From a virus (Duplodnaviria; Caudoviricetes): a stretch of DNA of 64,000 bases. The stretch is from positions 128,001 through 192,000 of IMG/VR virus record IMGVR_UViG_3300005326_000040. One strand, 5' to 3'. A program made the position numbers and the translations under genes. Positions 62,712-64,000 of this stretch are shown piece by piece (position 1 is the stretch's first letter; each line of letters opens with the position of its first letter). Under the pieces are notes generated by a model that worked only from the letters and a program-made list of their open reading frames with translations, ran no database searches and was not told where the DNA came from.

Positions 62712-64000
62712 ATGGAAACCACGACCTTTATCTGTGAGGCTTGTCAGGCTCCTGCTTCGAACTGTATGTTTGGAGCTAAGGACGATGTTGAGTATCGATT
62801 TTATGGTTGTCGTGAACACTTTATGGACCTTTGCACAAAGCATGTAAACGAAGGTTTTCGCTTTAAGACGGCGAAAAAGATTGCTGAAATTCCTGGCGGG
62901 GCAGCGTTGGTTGCTGCTGCCGCTCCTATTCCTGTAGCTCCTGTTCAATTGGCTGCACCTGCTGTTGTGGTGCCTAAGGTTGTAGAGCCGCAGAAGAAGG
63001 TGGCGGTAATTGAGAACCCTTCGCTTCCTCATTCGCTCCCTGTAGTCGCTATGCAGGCGACTGAAATTGATGATGACAATGGTGGTGTGGACGCCAAGTC
63101 AGGAAGGAAGATTAGTGCCAAGGGCAAGTTGCGAGCTTTGCTTGATGAAGCTGAAGCGATTCAGAGCGGTTTCATTTTGAAGCGGCCTCTTTACAGCTTG
63201 GGCACTACGGTGATTGATGTTGGGCAAGAGAACTTCCGTCGTTCTCGTCAAGAATTTGAAGCGCGTCCCAGGGTGAAGGATGCATGCGATTCTCTTATTT
63301 CCCAGATTCAGTCAGAAAAGCGTGCAGACGCTTATGTTAACTTGACTGACCTTACGATGTTTGCTGATGGTCGGATGGGTCGTTTGGTTGACAACAAGCC
63401 ATTGAAGAGTTCAGCAATCCTTGCGAACGCTGATGTTCTTGGACAATTGATGTCGCTGACCAATTTGGATACGAGCGCTGGAAAGTACTGGGATCGTTGC
63501 CCAACAGCGTTGCGGGCTTTGAATGTCAACTATTGGTTGGCTACGGCGAAAGCGAACAAGAAGGTCAAGCTTCGTGTTCGTATGATTAACGGCAATGACG
63601 GTATGCCCGACCAGGAGATTTACTCGGTTGTAACGAAGAAGTATTCTACGTTTGATATCAATCACGTCGCGGCTATCGTAAAGGAAGAGATTCCTGAAGA
63701 CGCTCGCGCAGAGATTGTTTATGACGGTTTCTATGCGCGAATTAATGTTACGTTCCACTCTGATATTCGCCCTGAAGACGCTGTTGCTGGCGAAATCTTC
63801 AAGGTTGGAATTACCATCAAGGCTGCGGATGATGGCTCCGGGTCTATTTGGGTTATTGTTTTCGTTGAAAGAAACCTTTGTTTGAATCTGATTGTAATCG
63901 ATGTCTCTAAGCAGACGGTCGTAACGCAGAGTCATACGGGCGATCAGGAAAAGATTGCTGCTGCGATTCGAGAAGGTATTTCCAAGGCGCATAGCAAGAT
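62712..64000 (+). CDS. DUF932-like protein, truncated by window end and absent from ORF track
   Basis: AGGAG SD; open frame to the end of the window; N-terminal CEAC; YSVVTKKY, DDGSGSI...ERNLCLN. Confidence 0.7.
   Translation, partial: METTTFICEACQAPASNCMFGAKDDVEYRFYGCREHFMDLCTKHVNEGFRFKTAKKIAEIPGGAALVAAAAPIPVAPVQLAAPAVVVPKVVEPQKKVAVIENPSLPHSLPVVAMQATEIDDDNGGVDAKSGRKISAKGKLRALLDEAEAIQSGFILKRPLYSLGTTVIDVGQENFRRSRQEFEARPRVKDACDSLISQIQSEKRADAYVNLTDLTMFADGRMGRLVDNKPLKSSAILANADVLGQLMSLTNLDTSAGKYWDRCPTALRALNVNYWLATAKANKKVKLRVRMINGNDGMPDQEIYSVVTKKYSTFDINHVAAIVKEEIPEDARAEIVYDGFYARINVTFHSDIRPEDAVAGEIFKVGITIKAADDGSGSIWVIVFVERNLCLNLIVIDVSKQTVVTQSHTGDQEKIAAAIREGISKAHSK

Noticed and set aside
63411-63992. 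193-aa + strand ORF in the track
   Set aside because: It is an alternative frame overlapping the better-supported DUF932-like ORF that starts at 62712.
1-64000. CRISPR array, rRNA, integrase or IS element
   Set aside because: No regularly spaced direct repeats, rRNA-length conserved sequence, recombinase or transposase motifs were seen on manual reading.
1-64000. Stop-codon reassignment
   Set aside because: Genes tile densely in code 11, known families are full-length, and TAA, TAG and TGA all end genes; no suppressor anticodon was found.

Overview
The window is most consistent with a 64-kb segment of a large (jumbo-type) tailed phage genome. It holds about 110 tightly packed, mostly short genes, nearly all on the + strand, in the standard genetic code. 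No capsid, terminase or replicative polymerase gene was recognised, and there is no CRISPR array or rRNA. The host cannot be assigned from this window. Recognisable genes: T4-Imm-type superinfection immunity protein, two HNH nucleases, a beta-class DNA methyltransferase, two GNATs, three metallophosphoesterases, two P-loop kinases, a Thg1-like 3'-5' nucleotidyltransferase, a DRB0094-type RNA ligase, adjacent NADAR and macrodomain genes, a zinc deaminase, an M28/M20-like peptidase, an NRDE/TANGO2 protein, a GT2 glycosyltransferase, translation factor IF-1, a sigma70-family factor and a truncated DUF932-like gene. RNA genes: tRNA-Leu(CAA) split by a 294-nt group I intron after U33, tRNA-Arg(CCU), an initiator-like tRNA(CAU), tRNA-Gln(CUG), tRNA-Ile(UAU) and a degenerate CCA-ended tRNA-like element. 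Best candidates for undescribed biology: (1) a 145-nt four-way-junction ncRNA at 60466-60610; (2) the intron-split tRNA; (3) a promoter- and terminator-bounded unit of a peptidase plus two paralogous SCM/RALLW zinc-finger proteins; (4) a nine-member DUF3846-like family with an invariant Cys; (5) an orphan HigA toxin-binding domain lacking both HTH and toxin; (6) a tRNA-repair and translation kit, with several apparently leaderless mRNAs. All protein assignments come from motif recognition by eye, not from database searches.
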